From: Proteromonas lacertae
Lineage: Eukaryota
Length of the DNA stretch: 64,000 bases
Direction of reading: 5' to 3'
Assembly (NCBI GenBank): GCA_002245135.1
Contig: NGBS01001176.1
Span: forward strand, 1-64,000
Shown: positions 50,450 through 61,550 of the stretch, in pieces
Layout of the letters: each line of letters starts with the position of its first letter
Position numbering within the stretch: position 1 is the first letter of the stretch
Program-made: the position numbers and the translations under genes
The notes under the pieces: model-generated
Database searches by the model: none
Told to the model about the DNA's origin: nothing
The model's input: only the letters and a program-made list of their open reading frames with translations

Positions 50450-51637
50450 AATACTTATATATCTTTATATATTATCCTTCTCCATGTCTGAAAATTTATG
50501 TTTACTGTTTATGTCTAAAAAGTCATATAGAGCTAAAATGCTGTAGTTTGCATGTCTAGTCTCTTTTTTTATAATGTCTTTAATAAGTTCTTTTTCACTT
50601 GATGACCTTTTCATTAACTTTCTTTTGATTTTGGTCAATATTCTGAAACCATCATTTAATGTAGATGAATCTTTGCATAATAAGTGTATATTTGTGGAAA
50701 TATATTTTGCAATCTTGTAGCATTCTTTAATTTCTGGTATATCTTCTTCCGATAATATTGTGATACGAAATCATATCTCAATTCTGTAAGTTTTGATTGG
50801 ATTAGCTTTTCATTACATCTAATTTAATATATATAATAAATATATTTATACTTTTTGTAATGACGTTTCAAATTAGTGCAATGAGCAATAATCATTGCCT
50901 TGCACATTCTGCATTGAATTCTGTTGTATTTTTCAAGGGGTTTCTTTAACACAACATCTTCATTAAAGTATCTATACACAGCATCTCTCGTTTTACCCAT
51001 ATAAAATTGAAATGCAAAATGATAGCTCGAAATTCTCAATCCATTTTCTAAGTATTCAAATAATTGCTTGATATACATTAAGTAGTATACAAAATATACC
51101 AAATAATAATTCGAAATAGTTTTTCTATTAGTTTATGAAATATATTATGTTATTATCATTACAAGTACTATTGATTATTAATTAACTGAAAATACCCATT
51201 CTATACTTCTTAATTATCTATATGATATATGTGTAATATACAAAATTATTTATTATATAAATTACATTTATGTTCAGTCACTTCAATTACCTTGAAATGT
51301 ACATAATGTATATATATGCATATCAGAATATGATATACAGTATGTATAATCTATAAAATTAGTATATATGTATAAAGATATGATATTATATAATCATAAG
51401 AAAAGTAGATGACTATTATGTTATAATACACAATAATATATCCTTTTTAACATATGTTAGTATATCTAGATGATAATATGGAAAAGTTATAACAAAAATC
51501 AGAAAAAATATACTACAGCATAACACATGGTAATATTACTATGCCCGAGCAGTAAGGGGCAGGCTTCTTTTCAGCTGAAAAAAAGGGGCAAAAATAGGGC
51601 AAAATTCGAAAAGGACGCCCTTTATCGAACCCAGCTA
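50450..51637 (-). mobile_element. 5' part of a hAT-like transposon with a BED zinc finger (ATG 51000, 33-nt intron 50819-50851)
   Basis: VYRYF...IQCRMC...TNLKRHYKK|C. GC-rich terminus TAGCTGGGTTCG at 51637 with repeated GGGCA subterminal motifs. Confidence 0.65.
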
Positions 51638-52439
51638 TAATATAATACAATTAGAATTATTCTTTTCTTATTATATAACAAATGTCTTATTACTCAAGAT
51701 GTCTTATATATCACAAATATAATCTACTCCAAAATGAATATTTGCTTCAACTGCTTGGATGAAATTATTTACAGATGTATAATTCTTAAATACACTTATA
51801 CGGATAGTATTATTATATATTGGTTTTATATTTTCATGATAATAAATGATAGGTATTTTGTATTTATCAAATCTTACATATTTTGGTATTTTAGAGGTGA
51901 TATTGTTTTTCAATATATAATTACTAAACAATTTTGTGTATTTGTTTAGCGGAATTGATTATAAAAAAATAATATAAATATATAGAATATATAGAATATA
52001 TTATAACAGTGTATTATTGGTGTATTTAACCCTTATAAGTGTAATAATTCCTGTAATTCAAGAATGCTTTCTATATTTTAATTATGAATTATACTCTTTG
52101 AATTATTTTTCATTTTTCAAATATTTTCTCAAGCTCTTTTCTTTTTTGTAATTTTAAAAGTATATGTTTAGATTATAGTATTATAAGAATATTATTAAAA
52201 TGTAGATGTGATTGTTTTGTATTTAGGTCTTATATCAAACGTAAATAAACCCTATTAGCAGATGGCGAAAATAGTCATTTTCAAAATGTAAGTGAATATA
52301 TCTGTAGTATATTTTTCTTACAACTATTTATTATTCTTCTTTTTTATATACCTAATAAGTATGTTACAGTAATATTAATCTACACATATATTAAGAAGTA
52401 CTAAAATATTTCTTAATAAAAAGAAATTTTAATTTTTAA

Positions 52440-52738
52440 ACAAAAATATGGGTGTAAAAAATAAAAGGAATTTGATATTATTTTTTAAATTTTCTCAACA
52501 TCAAAATTGATTTATATAATAATATTCTATAATATACATAGTTAATATAAGCAGTTTTGATATATGTTATAATATGATATATGCTACTCTATTGTCTGAT
52601 ATTGCCACGTTTAACATAAATCATATATATAACATATTGTATGTAAAGTATACGTAGTATTTATTATAAATATAGTATTAGTTTCAAAGGAAAGTTTATC
52701 ACTCCTTTATCGCGCAGATTTCTTTATCGCGCGCGACA
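52440..52738 (-). repeat. TGTCGCGCGCG-family terminus with subterminal sequence weakly similar to 11330-11500
   Basis: Reverse complement of 10340-10360; tandem CGCGATAAAG motif. Confidence 0.55.
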
Positions 52739-53227
52739 GGACCTCCAATTATTTTAGTAATAATATGTTTATTTAATGAAAAAATAAACAAAACATTTTC
52801 ACAAAGCAAACCTCAAGTTTGAATGATTTGAATTATATAAATTATGTTTAGATGGAATCTATGTTTTCTTTTCTCATATAAATAATAAATTATATAATTT
52901 TTTGAAACTATTAGTTCATGAAACATTCGAAATCTAATTAACTGAATTAGCATGTAGGTTATGTATGAAGCTGAGACTATTTTTATAATTAAGAGACACA
53001 AAGATGCATAATAATATTTAATTAGAATAGTTGAAAACCCTCTATAAACCCCATGTTCAATCGATTGAACACATGCTCAGATGCTATGTACCTGTATATA
53101 TAATAAATATAATATAAGTTTAAAAGGAAAGTTTATAACTCCTTTATGGCGCTGATTTCAATAAAAATAGTCGTTTTGTCTGAATTTTCATTCCCTTTAT
53201 TTAGATCTTTCTCGCTAATTAGAGCAA

Positions 53228-54003
53228 ATGAGATCCCCAAAACTACCATGTAAAGTCACTGTCAAAAAAACTCCTGTTACAGAGTCTATAAAAGAGAAAA
53301 TTAGAGCTCTGGTAAATCAATCTTGTAGTATTGGAGAAATTGCCTTAAAAATGGCAAGAACCAAGAGTACTATTTGGAAGTACTTACAAATTATGGGGTT
53401 GAAGACATCCAAAGCCATATCAAGTATTTCACCGCCTAAGCTTAAAAGAGGGAGAAAGCCAAATATTTTGAACTCTAACATTAGTGGGCAAGCTGTTAGA
53501 GATTATATCTTGAGAAGTCAAGTTAATGGTATTACAATTCAATCTACCAAAACACTCAAAAATGCTTGACCCAAAAGAACGTTGAAAAAAGATTAATGAT
53601 AGTATCTCAAAACATATTCTTGGATTGTAAGACGATTATGTTCTCAGATGAGTCGATGATTAGACTTAGAAATGTTAAAAGTGTTGGATGGATTATCTCT
53701 GGAAAACCTATTATTAGGAAGCAAAGGATCAAAGGAAACGCAGGTGTTATGGTCTGGGGTGCCTTTTCAGAGTATGGATTCACTGATCTGATGGTTATGC
53801 AGAAGTCATTTGAACCCAAAGATGGCGTAAGTAAGGGCATAAATTCAGTTAGATATTGTCGATTTTTAAAGAAAACTTTACCGCCTCTAATTCAACAGCA
53901 TCCATTGGTAAACCATCAGAGACAATGTTATTTCTTATAAGACAATGCCTGCATACATAAAAGTTGGTATACCACAGAATATCTTCAAAGGAACGGTTGG
54001 AAA
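53228..54003 (+). pseudogene. Tc1/IS630-like DDE transposase, deleted and truncated
   Basis: N-terminal HTH (SIGEIALKMARTKSTIWKYL), IMFSDES, VMVWGAFS, FL*DNA..H. Confidence 0.85.
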
Positions 54004-54245
54004 CCTAACAAATCTTATAGAAATGCTTGCAGTCTTTCTTGATTTCTCTAGTTAATAATTGTAAATTTCCGGTTATTCAGTTTCTTCAGTACCATTGAAA
54101 AACTTTATAAGGTCACCAGCGTAGCCAAGAGACTTCAGAAGTGACCAACACTTATAAGCTCCTAGTAGTAATCACCGTAGCAGATGTTCTCGTAGGAGCA
54201 ATCCCGAAGGCACCTAATATATATAAAGTTTAGATAATATTTTCC

Positions 54246-54883
54246 TGTTGTGCGCCCTTTGTCATAGTTGGCCGTTTGTCTACCAGACACTTTTAAAACA
54301 AACTAAATGTATATTTTTGGTTGTCCTGATGAAAAATCGTTACTTTTATATTTACTTTGTTATATGACCTACCTCTGCAGTATACTTTTTTGTTAATATA
54401 AATAGTTTGAATATTTGTGCCGTTTGTTTTCTAGAAATTTTTGAAGCAAACTAAATGCATATTTAGCTAATATAGACTAAAATACATTAGCTGTAATAAC
54501 TAGAATGTAATTATTATTAAATCTTTCTATATAAAAAAAGAAATGCAAAATATAGGCTTGAGTGAGGCTTGATTCTAAATTATCTTTTTTCATTTTAAAT
54601 GTCTTATGATCAACATTAAGTTTTTCTAATCATTTCAGCTAATGGATTTTAGTTTATATTAGCTAAATATGCATTTAGTTTGCTTCAAAAATTTCTAGAA
54701 AACAAACGGCGCAAATATTCAAATTATTTATATCAACAAAAAAGTATACTGCAGAGGTAGGTCATATAACAAAGTAAGTATAAAAGTAACGATTTTTCAT
54801 CAGGACAACCAAAAATATACATTTAGTTTGTTTTAAGAATATCTGGTACACAAACAGCCAACTATGACAAACGGCGCACAACA
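54246..54883. mobile_element. Ginger-type MITE with about 240-nt TIRs and 5-bp TSD TTTCC
   Basis: TGTTGTGCGCC...GGCGCACAACA; TTTCC at 54241-54245 and 54884-54888. Confidence 0.92.
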
Positions 54884-55355
54884 TTTCCCTCATACAATGT
54901 TTTGCAACTTACTTATACAATATACCGCATTGCATAACAAAAAGAATCATTCATGCCATTGTATAACTATTATACCATTTTGCATATTCTGTTAACTTAT
55001 GTTCTGTTAACTTACGGCAACGTACTCGTTTAACAGAACTTTTATCAATACATGTTATTCAGCTGCAGCTATATCTTTTGTTTATCCTTCTCTTTTAGTA
55101 GATGCTATATTAAAGGAATGGAAAATATATTCATTCCATGAATCTTGCATAGTATCAAAAAGATCAAATATAAGGTCTTTAACAATTTTGTTATATTTAA
55201 AAATGAAACTAATATATGCAACTAATTAGAAAAAAATATTATCACTAATCACTATGAGACAGATAGAAATTTTATAAAAGTAAAGACTTCAATTATTACT
55301 TGCTTGAAGAGGTAAATAGTAAAACTTAAGAAATTTTATAGGGTTATTTAGATTT

Positions 55356-56045
55356 TTATTTTCTGCTAAATACTATATCTATAGGTGAAACATATTTCTT
55401 ATCTATATAATATCCGTTATTATTTAAAAGCATAGTGATATTTCTTTTTACATGGTTGTTTAAATGATTCCATTCAATAATCCAATGAGATACTTTTACA
55501 TTAAAATCAAATGTTTGTAAAACTTCTAATTCACTCCCTTCTACATCCAAAGAAAATAAATCTATATGTTTTACATTATATTGACTAGTAATATTTTTTA
55601 TTGTGTTGCACATAATACTATTTTTTGTTATATTACTATGATTAATTGATCCTGAATATCCTTCTTCGTGATAATTTATAAATTGTGATTTGCATATTGG
55701 TGAACAAATAATAATAGAATTATTTCTATAGTAAGAGTTATTCATTAAACTTTTGCAGTTTTTCTCTCCTCCTTCAATTAAAATACCATGCCAATTAAAA
55801 TTCTTTTCAAAAAAATAAGTGTTACTAATACTAATACCATCAAAAGCACCAATCTCATAAAAAAATCCATTCATTTTTTGTTGAAAGAAATAATAGTATA
55901 AAGATAAATCTTGATTAAATTGACTATTCTTATACTTTAACATTATTCTACTCTCTTTATTAATGTATTTAGGTGATAAAAATATAAATATAGAAATAAT
56001 TAGTATAATAAATAAACATGTAAATAACATATCCTCAATTAACAC
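55356..56045 (-). CDS. FkbM-family (Methyltransf_21) methyltransferase with N-terminal membrane anchor
   Basis: SQFNQD, FYEIGAFDGISISNTYFFEK..WHGILIEG, IDLFSLDVEGSELEVL. Confidence 0.85.
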   Translation of the reverse strand: MLIEDMLFTCLFIILIISIFIFLSPKYINKESRIMLKYKNSQFNQDLSLYYYFFQQKMNGFFYEIGAFDGISISNTYFFEKNFNWHGILIEGGEKNCKSLMNNSYYRNNSIIICSPICKSQFINYHEEGYSGSINHSNITKNSIMCNTIKNITSQYNVKHIDLFSLDVEGSELEVLQTFDFNVKVSHWIIEWNHLNNHVKRNITMLLNNNGYYIDKKYVSPIDIVFSRK

Positions 56046-56049
56046 TATA

Positions 56050-56407
56050 ATAACAGTGTTTTTGCTTCCTTCTGATTGTACTTATCGTTGCTTTTCCTTG
56101 GAGTTTCATACAGTAAATGAACTCCATTTAGTTGCAGACCTTGATCTCCAATCGCTGGACTTATCAACATAGAACTGGATGTAACTCTTGGTTAAATTGC
56201 TAGGGAGTTTAAACGTGATCTCAGGAATTATGCCTGAGTTGACATTGCTTAAGACTCCATAACTAAATCATTAGCATAGATTTATGGTTCTCCCATCAAT
56301 GATGCTGTAGAAGGATATAGAGAATTATAATCTACATACATAATATCAGATTCTCTTTTTGGCGGAAAAGCATGAGTATCTTCAAATAATGGTGGATGTA
56401 TATAATG
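56050..56407 (-). pseudogene. Fused relic of a PolB motif A fragment and a major capsid N-terminal fragment
   Basis: Minus-strand translation gives IMYVDYNSLYPS (YVDYNSLYPS at 56338-56309) and, in another frame, EITFKLPSNLTKSYIQFYVD (about 56222-56163). Confidence 0.65.
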
Positions 56408-56724
56408 TTTTTTAGCTACTGTTTAATCAAATATCATATTGTTCTACATGTTTATATATGTTTAATTCAATATTACATATATAATTGCAAAATTTTGCAA
56501 GAATAATGATGTTGTTAATTTCTTTCCAGATTTTATACAAGTAATTTTACCCCATAGTTCTTTCACTATTTCCCTTAACTCAATAAGAATTATGAAATTA
56601 TAAAAACATTTATTGTGAAATTCTATGTATATGTTAAAGTTAATCATAAAATATATTAAATATTTTCAAATGAATTATGAGATGGTTGAAGTTTATACTA
56701 TTATTATTTACAGTATAATTATAT

Positions 56725-57738
56725 TTAACATTTTGTATTATGTTTAATATATGACAAATATAATCTTAAATTAGAATTATTTCTATAATTAGCCTTTATT
56801 GCCCTATCATATTGGTGTATTAAATGAGGTATGGAATAATCTTGATTATATATCACATTATTAATAGGTAGACAACAATAAGGAGAATCAAACAACCACA
56901 AAGCTAATGTTCTTACAGGTGAATGAGATGAATTAAGTATGTAAATAGGATAATGAAAATTAGTTTTACATCTTATAAATGCGTTTATACCTCCCTGATC
57001 GTTAGCATTACAGTTAAAAGAGCATATATAATTAAGTAATTCGGATAGAAAATATATTATACCAGGATATGTGGCAAATACTACTCCTCCGTTTATAACT
57101 TTGTTATTGTATAAATATTTGTTAGGTTTATACTTTTTGACAAACATTATATTAGATTTATCTCCTCCTATTTTTCTTTTTGGATGTTCTTCTACAAAAT
57201 ATATTCCTCTATTTATATTCCAATTAAATGGATTTAGTTGAAATAAGACATCTCTTACATCGGTTAAAAGAATGCTATTGTATCTATATCCATAATATGT
57301 AAGAAATAACTTGTATAAATTGTATCTGTAAGTAACAAATGATTTACCTTGATAATAATTTAATTCTTTTAATATGTTTGATTTAGAAATAGGATAATGT
57401 GTATGGTTATAAGGATAAAAAGGAAAATGATCATTTAGTTCAATAAATACAATTTTTTTATCTTTTAAATATTGTTTTAATGTTGTTGGTATTAAAAATG
57501 TAAAGAAAATAGTATCTCCGCAATAATCTGTTCTATTTAATGATTCTACAAAATTTCTCATATGAGTTAAATTATAATTCAAAGCAATAGCCAAAATTAA
57601 TTGTTTTTTGTTGTGTTTCGAATTTAATTCATTTTTAAAATTAAAATATACTAAATTATAACAATAATTACATAAGAAGTAATTTATCATAAAAATAGAA
57701 AACAAAAAGTATAATACATATCTAAAAATATATTTCAT
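56725..57738 (-). CDS. GT-A fold glycosyltransferase (DxRDV-FQ-NPF type)
   Basis: ILLTDVRDVLFQLNPF, VINGGV, DQGGIN, IHQYDR; N-terminal anchor. Confidence 0.75.
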   Translation of the reverse strand: MKYIFRYVLYFLFSIFMINYFLCNYCYNLVYFNFKNELNSKHNKKQLILAIALNYNLTHMRNFVESLNRTDYCGDTIFFTFLIPTTLKQYLKDKKIVFIELNDHFPFYPYNHTHYPISKSNILKELNYYQGKSFVTYRYNLYKLFLTYYGYRYNSILLTDVRDVLFQLNPFNWNINRGIYFVEEHPKRKIGGDKSNIMFVKKYKPNKYLYNNKVINGGVVFATYPGIIYFLSELLNYICSFNCNANDQGGINAFIRCKTNFHYPIYILNSSHSPVRTLALWLFDSPYCCLPINNVIYNQDYSIPHLIHQYDRAIKANYRNNSNLRLYLSYIKHNTKC

Positions 57739-58791
57739 TTTAATGATTTACATTTACTTAGTTGATTTTTTATTTGGTTGTAAAGAGGATCGTATATATT
57801 TTTTGTTCCATCAATTTTTATATATGATTTATTTATATTGTAATTATTGTATAGAATAATTAAAGAAAAAGTGCTATATGATGATAATATCAAAAAATCA
57901 CTATTTGATAACAAAGTAATATCACCCAATAATTTTTCATATATTAATAGAGAATGATTATAATTATTGTCAATATGATTAATATGCATTATTTGATAAT
58001 CTTCTTTGTAATTAATGACATATTTTATATACTTTTTCACTCTAGAAACAAAGATTTTACTGTCACTACTTAATAACAATTTGCATTTTCTACTATTGCA
58101 TATTTTATAATATAATTTAACTAAATTTATTAATGTTTTATTATCAGTCTTGCATGTCTTATTCAGATTCATGCAATTATCTCCCATTCTTATGTGACTA
58201 CCTATATAATAAATGTTCTTTTCTAGATGCATATTATTAATTCGTTTTATTTTTATATATTTCTTGAATATAAGTGAATTTATATATACAATTTCTTCAC
58301 TTATTACTTTTATTTTACTGTTCAGCAAATTTAAATTAATAATCATTTTTTTAATAAAAGGTATATTTAGTAATTGAGGTAATAAATCATAATGACTTGT
58401 TATTTCTATATAAAGACTTGCTGAGTATATTATTTTTTTAATTATATTAGCAAAAGATAAGCAATATGGATATCCTGAAAATCTATAACTAGTGATGCTT
58501 TTATTTCTCAATTTTCTGTCTTTTATTATAATGCGTTTATTAAATATTACAATTCTATTTAATGAATTTAAGTTATATACTATTATATGTTAGTAAAAAT
58601 ATACATATTAATTTTCTTTCACTTAGAAATGATAGAATTAATGAGGAGCTTATTCCTAATAATTTGTTTCCCAAACCACCTGAGTTTGGTTTAGTATAAA
58701 TATATTTATGTACTATATTAAATAATATAATAGAGTGAAAATTTATAGATATTATTATAATGAATATAATATAATATATAAAGAATAACAT
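57735..58791 (-). CDS. Fucosyltransferase-like protein, paralog of 33099-34251, with a 25-nt intron at 58580-58604
   Basis: GGLGNKL, GSHIRMGD, LSSDS, SSYSTFS; splicing restores the frame. Confidence 0.78.
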
Positions 58792-58831
58792 TAAATAAAG
58801 AAATGTAAATTATCACCTATATAGCATTTCA

Positions 58832-59689
58832 TTAAAATTTTAGAGGATGAAAGAATTTATTCCTTTTTTCCTTATTTAAGGTAATATTATTCCACATTTC
58901 TATTGTTAATGAAATTCCAGCACATAAAGGAGATCCAATATATTTGTGAGGTATTTCTTCATATGTTAGATTATAGTAATATACTAATTCTATTGTGCTT
59001 GTTTCAGTTTGAGAATGATAATTATTTTGTAAATCAACTATCATTTTTGATATATATCGTTTTGACCATCTTTGAACATACTCTCTATTATTATATCCTT
59101 TACTAGAAGTGAAAGTGATAGATCTTCTTTTTATATATTTATCTGTTGCACAATAAAACCATACCCAATTTGTATTTATTATTCCTACATTTATTGTAAT
59201 AAGATCCTTCTGATTATTTCTATAATGTTTTATAAAATTATATAAGTTTCCTGTATAACCAACATCTTGCTCTATTACCCACATAAAATCATATTCTTTC
59301 TTTAATTTTTTATAAAATATAATTAATGATTCAGAATGAGAAATCCATGAAAGCAATCTTGAACTTTTAAAACTACTACAATTACCTTTTAATTCTGAAA
59401 TACTCGGATATGTTATTAATATTTCCTTAAAGGAAACAACTATATTTAGTATATTTGATTTGTTCAATAGAGAAGAATTAATGTTATTCATAGATAATAA
59501 AAAGAATTTATACTGATCAGGAAAATCCATACTCCAAGTAATATATCTTGATAACTGATTAGTTGTAACTTTGTTTATCCTAACCACTATACATATGGTA
59601 TTGTATTTAATTCTGTACAAATGATAAAATGTAAGCAAAAATATAGTAGTATTAACTAATATGTAAATTAAATAAATAATACATTTCAT
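58832..59689 (-). CDS. Putative glycosyltransferase-like type II membrane protein
   Basis: YDFMWVIEQDVGYTGN, WVW and C-terminal FFHPLK. Confidence 0.55.
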   Translation of the reverse strand: MKCIIYLIYILVNTTIFLLTFYHLYRIKYNTICIVVRINKVTTNQLSRYITWSMDFPDQYKFFLLSMNNINSSLLNKSNILNIVVSFKEILITYPSISELKGNCSSFKSSRLLSWISHSESLIIFYKKLKKEYDFMWVIEQDVGYTGNLYNFIKHYRNNQKDLITINVGIINTNWVWFYCATDKYIKRRSITFTSSKGYNNREYVQRWSKRYISKMIVDLQNNYHSQTETSTIELVYYYNLTYEEIPHKYIGSPLCAGISLTIEMWNNITLNKEKRNKFFHPLKF

Positions 59690-59721
59690 AAAATATTATA
59701 TTTGTATCATCCATAAATACT

Positions 59722-60747
59722 ATGTTAATATTATATTTATATATAATTTATTTCCTTACAATATGTATAATATTATTGCTAGATTATTATATGAAAATGC
59801 ATAGTAATAGAGAGATATTATTTATGAAAGAATTGTTGTTATATAACAGAGATGTATATATATATAACAATTTTTTTAAATGTAAAACAATTGAAGATAT
59901 AAATTACATAAGAAATAAGTCTTTATACAGAAAAATTGGATATGGCGGACATCCTGTGAAACATTTGTTTAAGTTACCATTAGATAATACAGTTCTTGCT
60001 TATCCTATTATACATAGTCTAAATGTTGATGTAATTTTGTTTATTCATTGTAGACCAGAAGAATTTTATGAAAGATTCTTAAGTAGAAAGAATTTTTATA
60101 AAACAAATAACACAGTAGTTGTTTATATTACATCAAGAAGTTTAAATTCAAGCGTTAATCATAAAATAAAACGTGAATCTTTCCTATATGGTGATATATT
60201 ACAATTTAATGAATATTCTTCATATTTTAATTTAAGCCTTCAAACACTTCACATGTTGCAATGGTCTTTACGTGTTAAATATAAATATCTAATAAAATCT
60301 GACGTGGATGTTTATATTAATCTAAAGTTGATATTATCCTATTTGAAGAATATTAACTTAAGTATTAAATATTATGCAATTGGTAGAGTATCTAAAACAT
60401 ATGTAATTAGAAACAAAAAATATAGTCATTATATACCTATTGATATTGTAAAAGAAAATATGTACCCATCTTATTTACAAGGAGTAGGATATATTATACC
60501 TTACAATACAGTGAAATTAATGAATGATTCATTTGAATATGTAAACCCAAAAATATGGATTGAAGATGTATTTTTGGGATATATTTATAAGTTCCTAAAT
60601 GCATCATTAATTGATATTTCACAGTATATTGTTAGAGATGTTAAACTCAACATTTCAGCTGCAATAAGTAATATAATACAAAATATGTTTGTACATGGAT
60701 TCTATCCAATTGAAATACATTTATTAAGTAAAAATAATAATTTATGA
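59722..60747 (+). CDS. GT31 beta-1,3-glycosyltransferase
   Basis: ESFLYGDILQ, SYFNLSLQT, KSDVDVYIN, YPSYLQGVGY, IEDVFLG. Confidence 0.88.
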   Translation: MLILYLYIIYFLTICIILLLDYYMKMHSNREILFMKELLLYNRDVYIYNNFFKCKTIEDINYIRNKSLYRKIGYGGHPVKHLFKLPLDNTVLAYPIIHSLNVDVILFIHCRPEEFYERFLSRKNFYKTNNTVVVYITSRSLNSSVNHKIKRESFLYGDILQFNEYSSYFNLSLQTLHMLQWSLRVKYKYLIKSDVDVYINLKLILSYLKNINLSIKYYAIGRVSKTYVIRNKKYSHYIPIDIVKENMYPSYLQGVGYIIPYNTVKLMNDSFEYVNPKIWIEDVFLGYIYKFLNASLIDISQYIVRDVKLNISAAISNIIQNMFVHGFYPIEIHLLSKNNNL

Positions 60748-61550
60748 AAAATTGGTTTGTATTTACAGTAAAAATAATTATAATTATTGAGTTATTTAAT
60801 TATTATATTTATATATCTAAATATGATAATTTCTATAACTGCATATCATTAGTTATACCTTCAACTTACTTAACGTGGATTAAATGTAAAAAACAAATTG
60901 AAAATATGATATGTAGAAGTATAGAATATCCTAATGAAATAATAATTGTTATATCTGATAGTCAGTACGATAGAAATGTATTATTTTATACATACTGTAA
61001 ATATAATGTATCTCTTTATTATCGAAAAAATCATAGAAATTCAGCATCAAATAAGAACTTTGGATCGAGATTTACAAAATGCTCATACATAAGCTATTTT
61101 GATGCAGATGATATAATGACAAAAAATAGAATTAAAATATTAAGATATATTATAGATATGCATAATAGTTATGATATAATTATGCACATGTATATAAGGA
61201 ATTACACATTGCTAAAAGAAAACAATGAACTGCCAACTGAATTAAGTAAATATTTCTATTTAAATTCTTCATATATTACACAATTGTATAGAAGTAAAAT
61301 AAAAGCACATAAAGTACAATTATGGGGTTGTTGTCATTTTCTTCCTATTCACTACCATATTAGTAACGGATGGATCACTATAAAAAGAAGTCTTTTTGAT
61401 AAAGAAAAATTTAATGAAGATATATCAATTCAAAGAGCAGAAGATAGTGAATATAATGGAAGAGTTATATCAAAAGGATACAAAACTCTTATACTTGCTA
61501 TGGTATTAGGATATTATTCAAAACAAAATGAATGTGATATTTTAATATAA
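60744..61550 (+). CDS. GT2-like glycosyltransferase
   Basis: ISLVIP, EIIIV, SASNKNFG, YISYFDADDIM..RI, AEDSEY. Confidence 0.8.
   Translation: MKNWFVFTVKIIIIIELFNYYIYISKYDNFYNCISLVIPSTYLTWIKCKKQIENMICRSIEYPNEIIIVISDSQYDRNVLFYTYCKYNVSLYYRKNHRNSASNKNFGSRFTKCSYISYFDADDIMTKNRIKILRYIIDMHNSYDIIMHMYIRNYTLLKENNELPTELSKYFYLNSSYITQLYRSKIKAHKVQLWGCCHFLPIHYHISNGWITIKRSLFDKEKFNEDISIQRAEDSEYNGRVISKGYKTLILAMVLGYYSKQNECDILI

Larger units (their letters stand above)
37330..50450. mobile_element. Endogenous Polinton-like/adenovirus-like virus remnant B
   Basis: pPolB, protease fragment, core proteins, major and minor capsid proteins, and about 8 further compact intronless ORFs. Boundaries are approximate. Confidence 0.85.

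Noticed and set aside
10340..52738. A 42-kb giant element bounded by inverted TGTCGCGCGCGATAAAG repeats
   Set aside because: The flanking 5-mers differ (AGCCG versus GGACC) and similarity decays after about 20-50 nt. Two independent ends are more likely.
53054..53071. 18-bp perfect palindrome TGTTCAATCGATTGAACA upstream of the Tc1 gene
   Set aside because: Single occurrence with no partner TIR or other support for function.
20954..53940. Alternative genetic code (TAA/TAG = Gln)
   Set aside because: Host genes end in TAA/TAG and use CAA freely. Long intact ORFs lack internal stops, which are confined to decaying elements.
10812..54883. CRISPR-like array from the recurring GCCGTTTGTC repeat
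   Set aside because: The copies are dispersed transposon TIRs with no regular spacers, there are no cas genes, and the context is eukaryotic.
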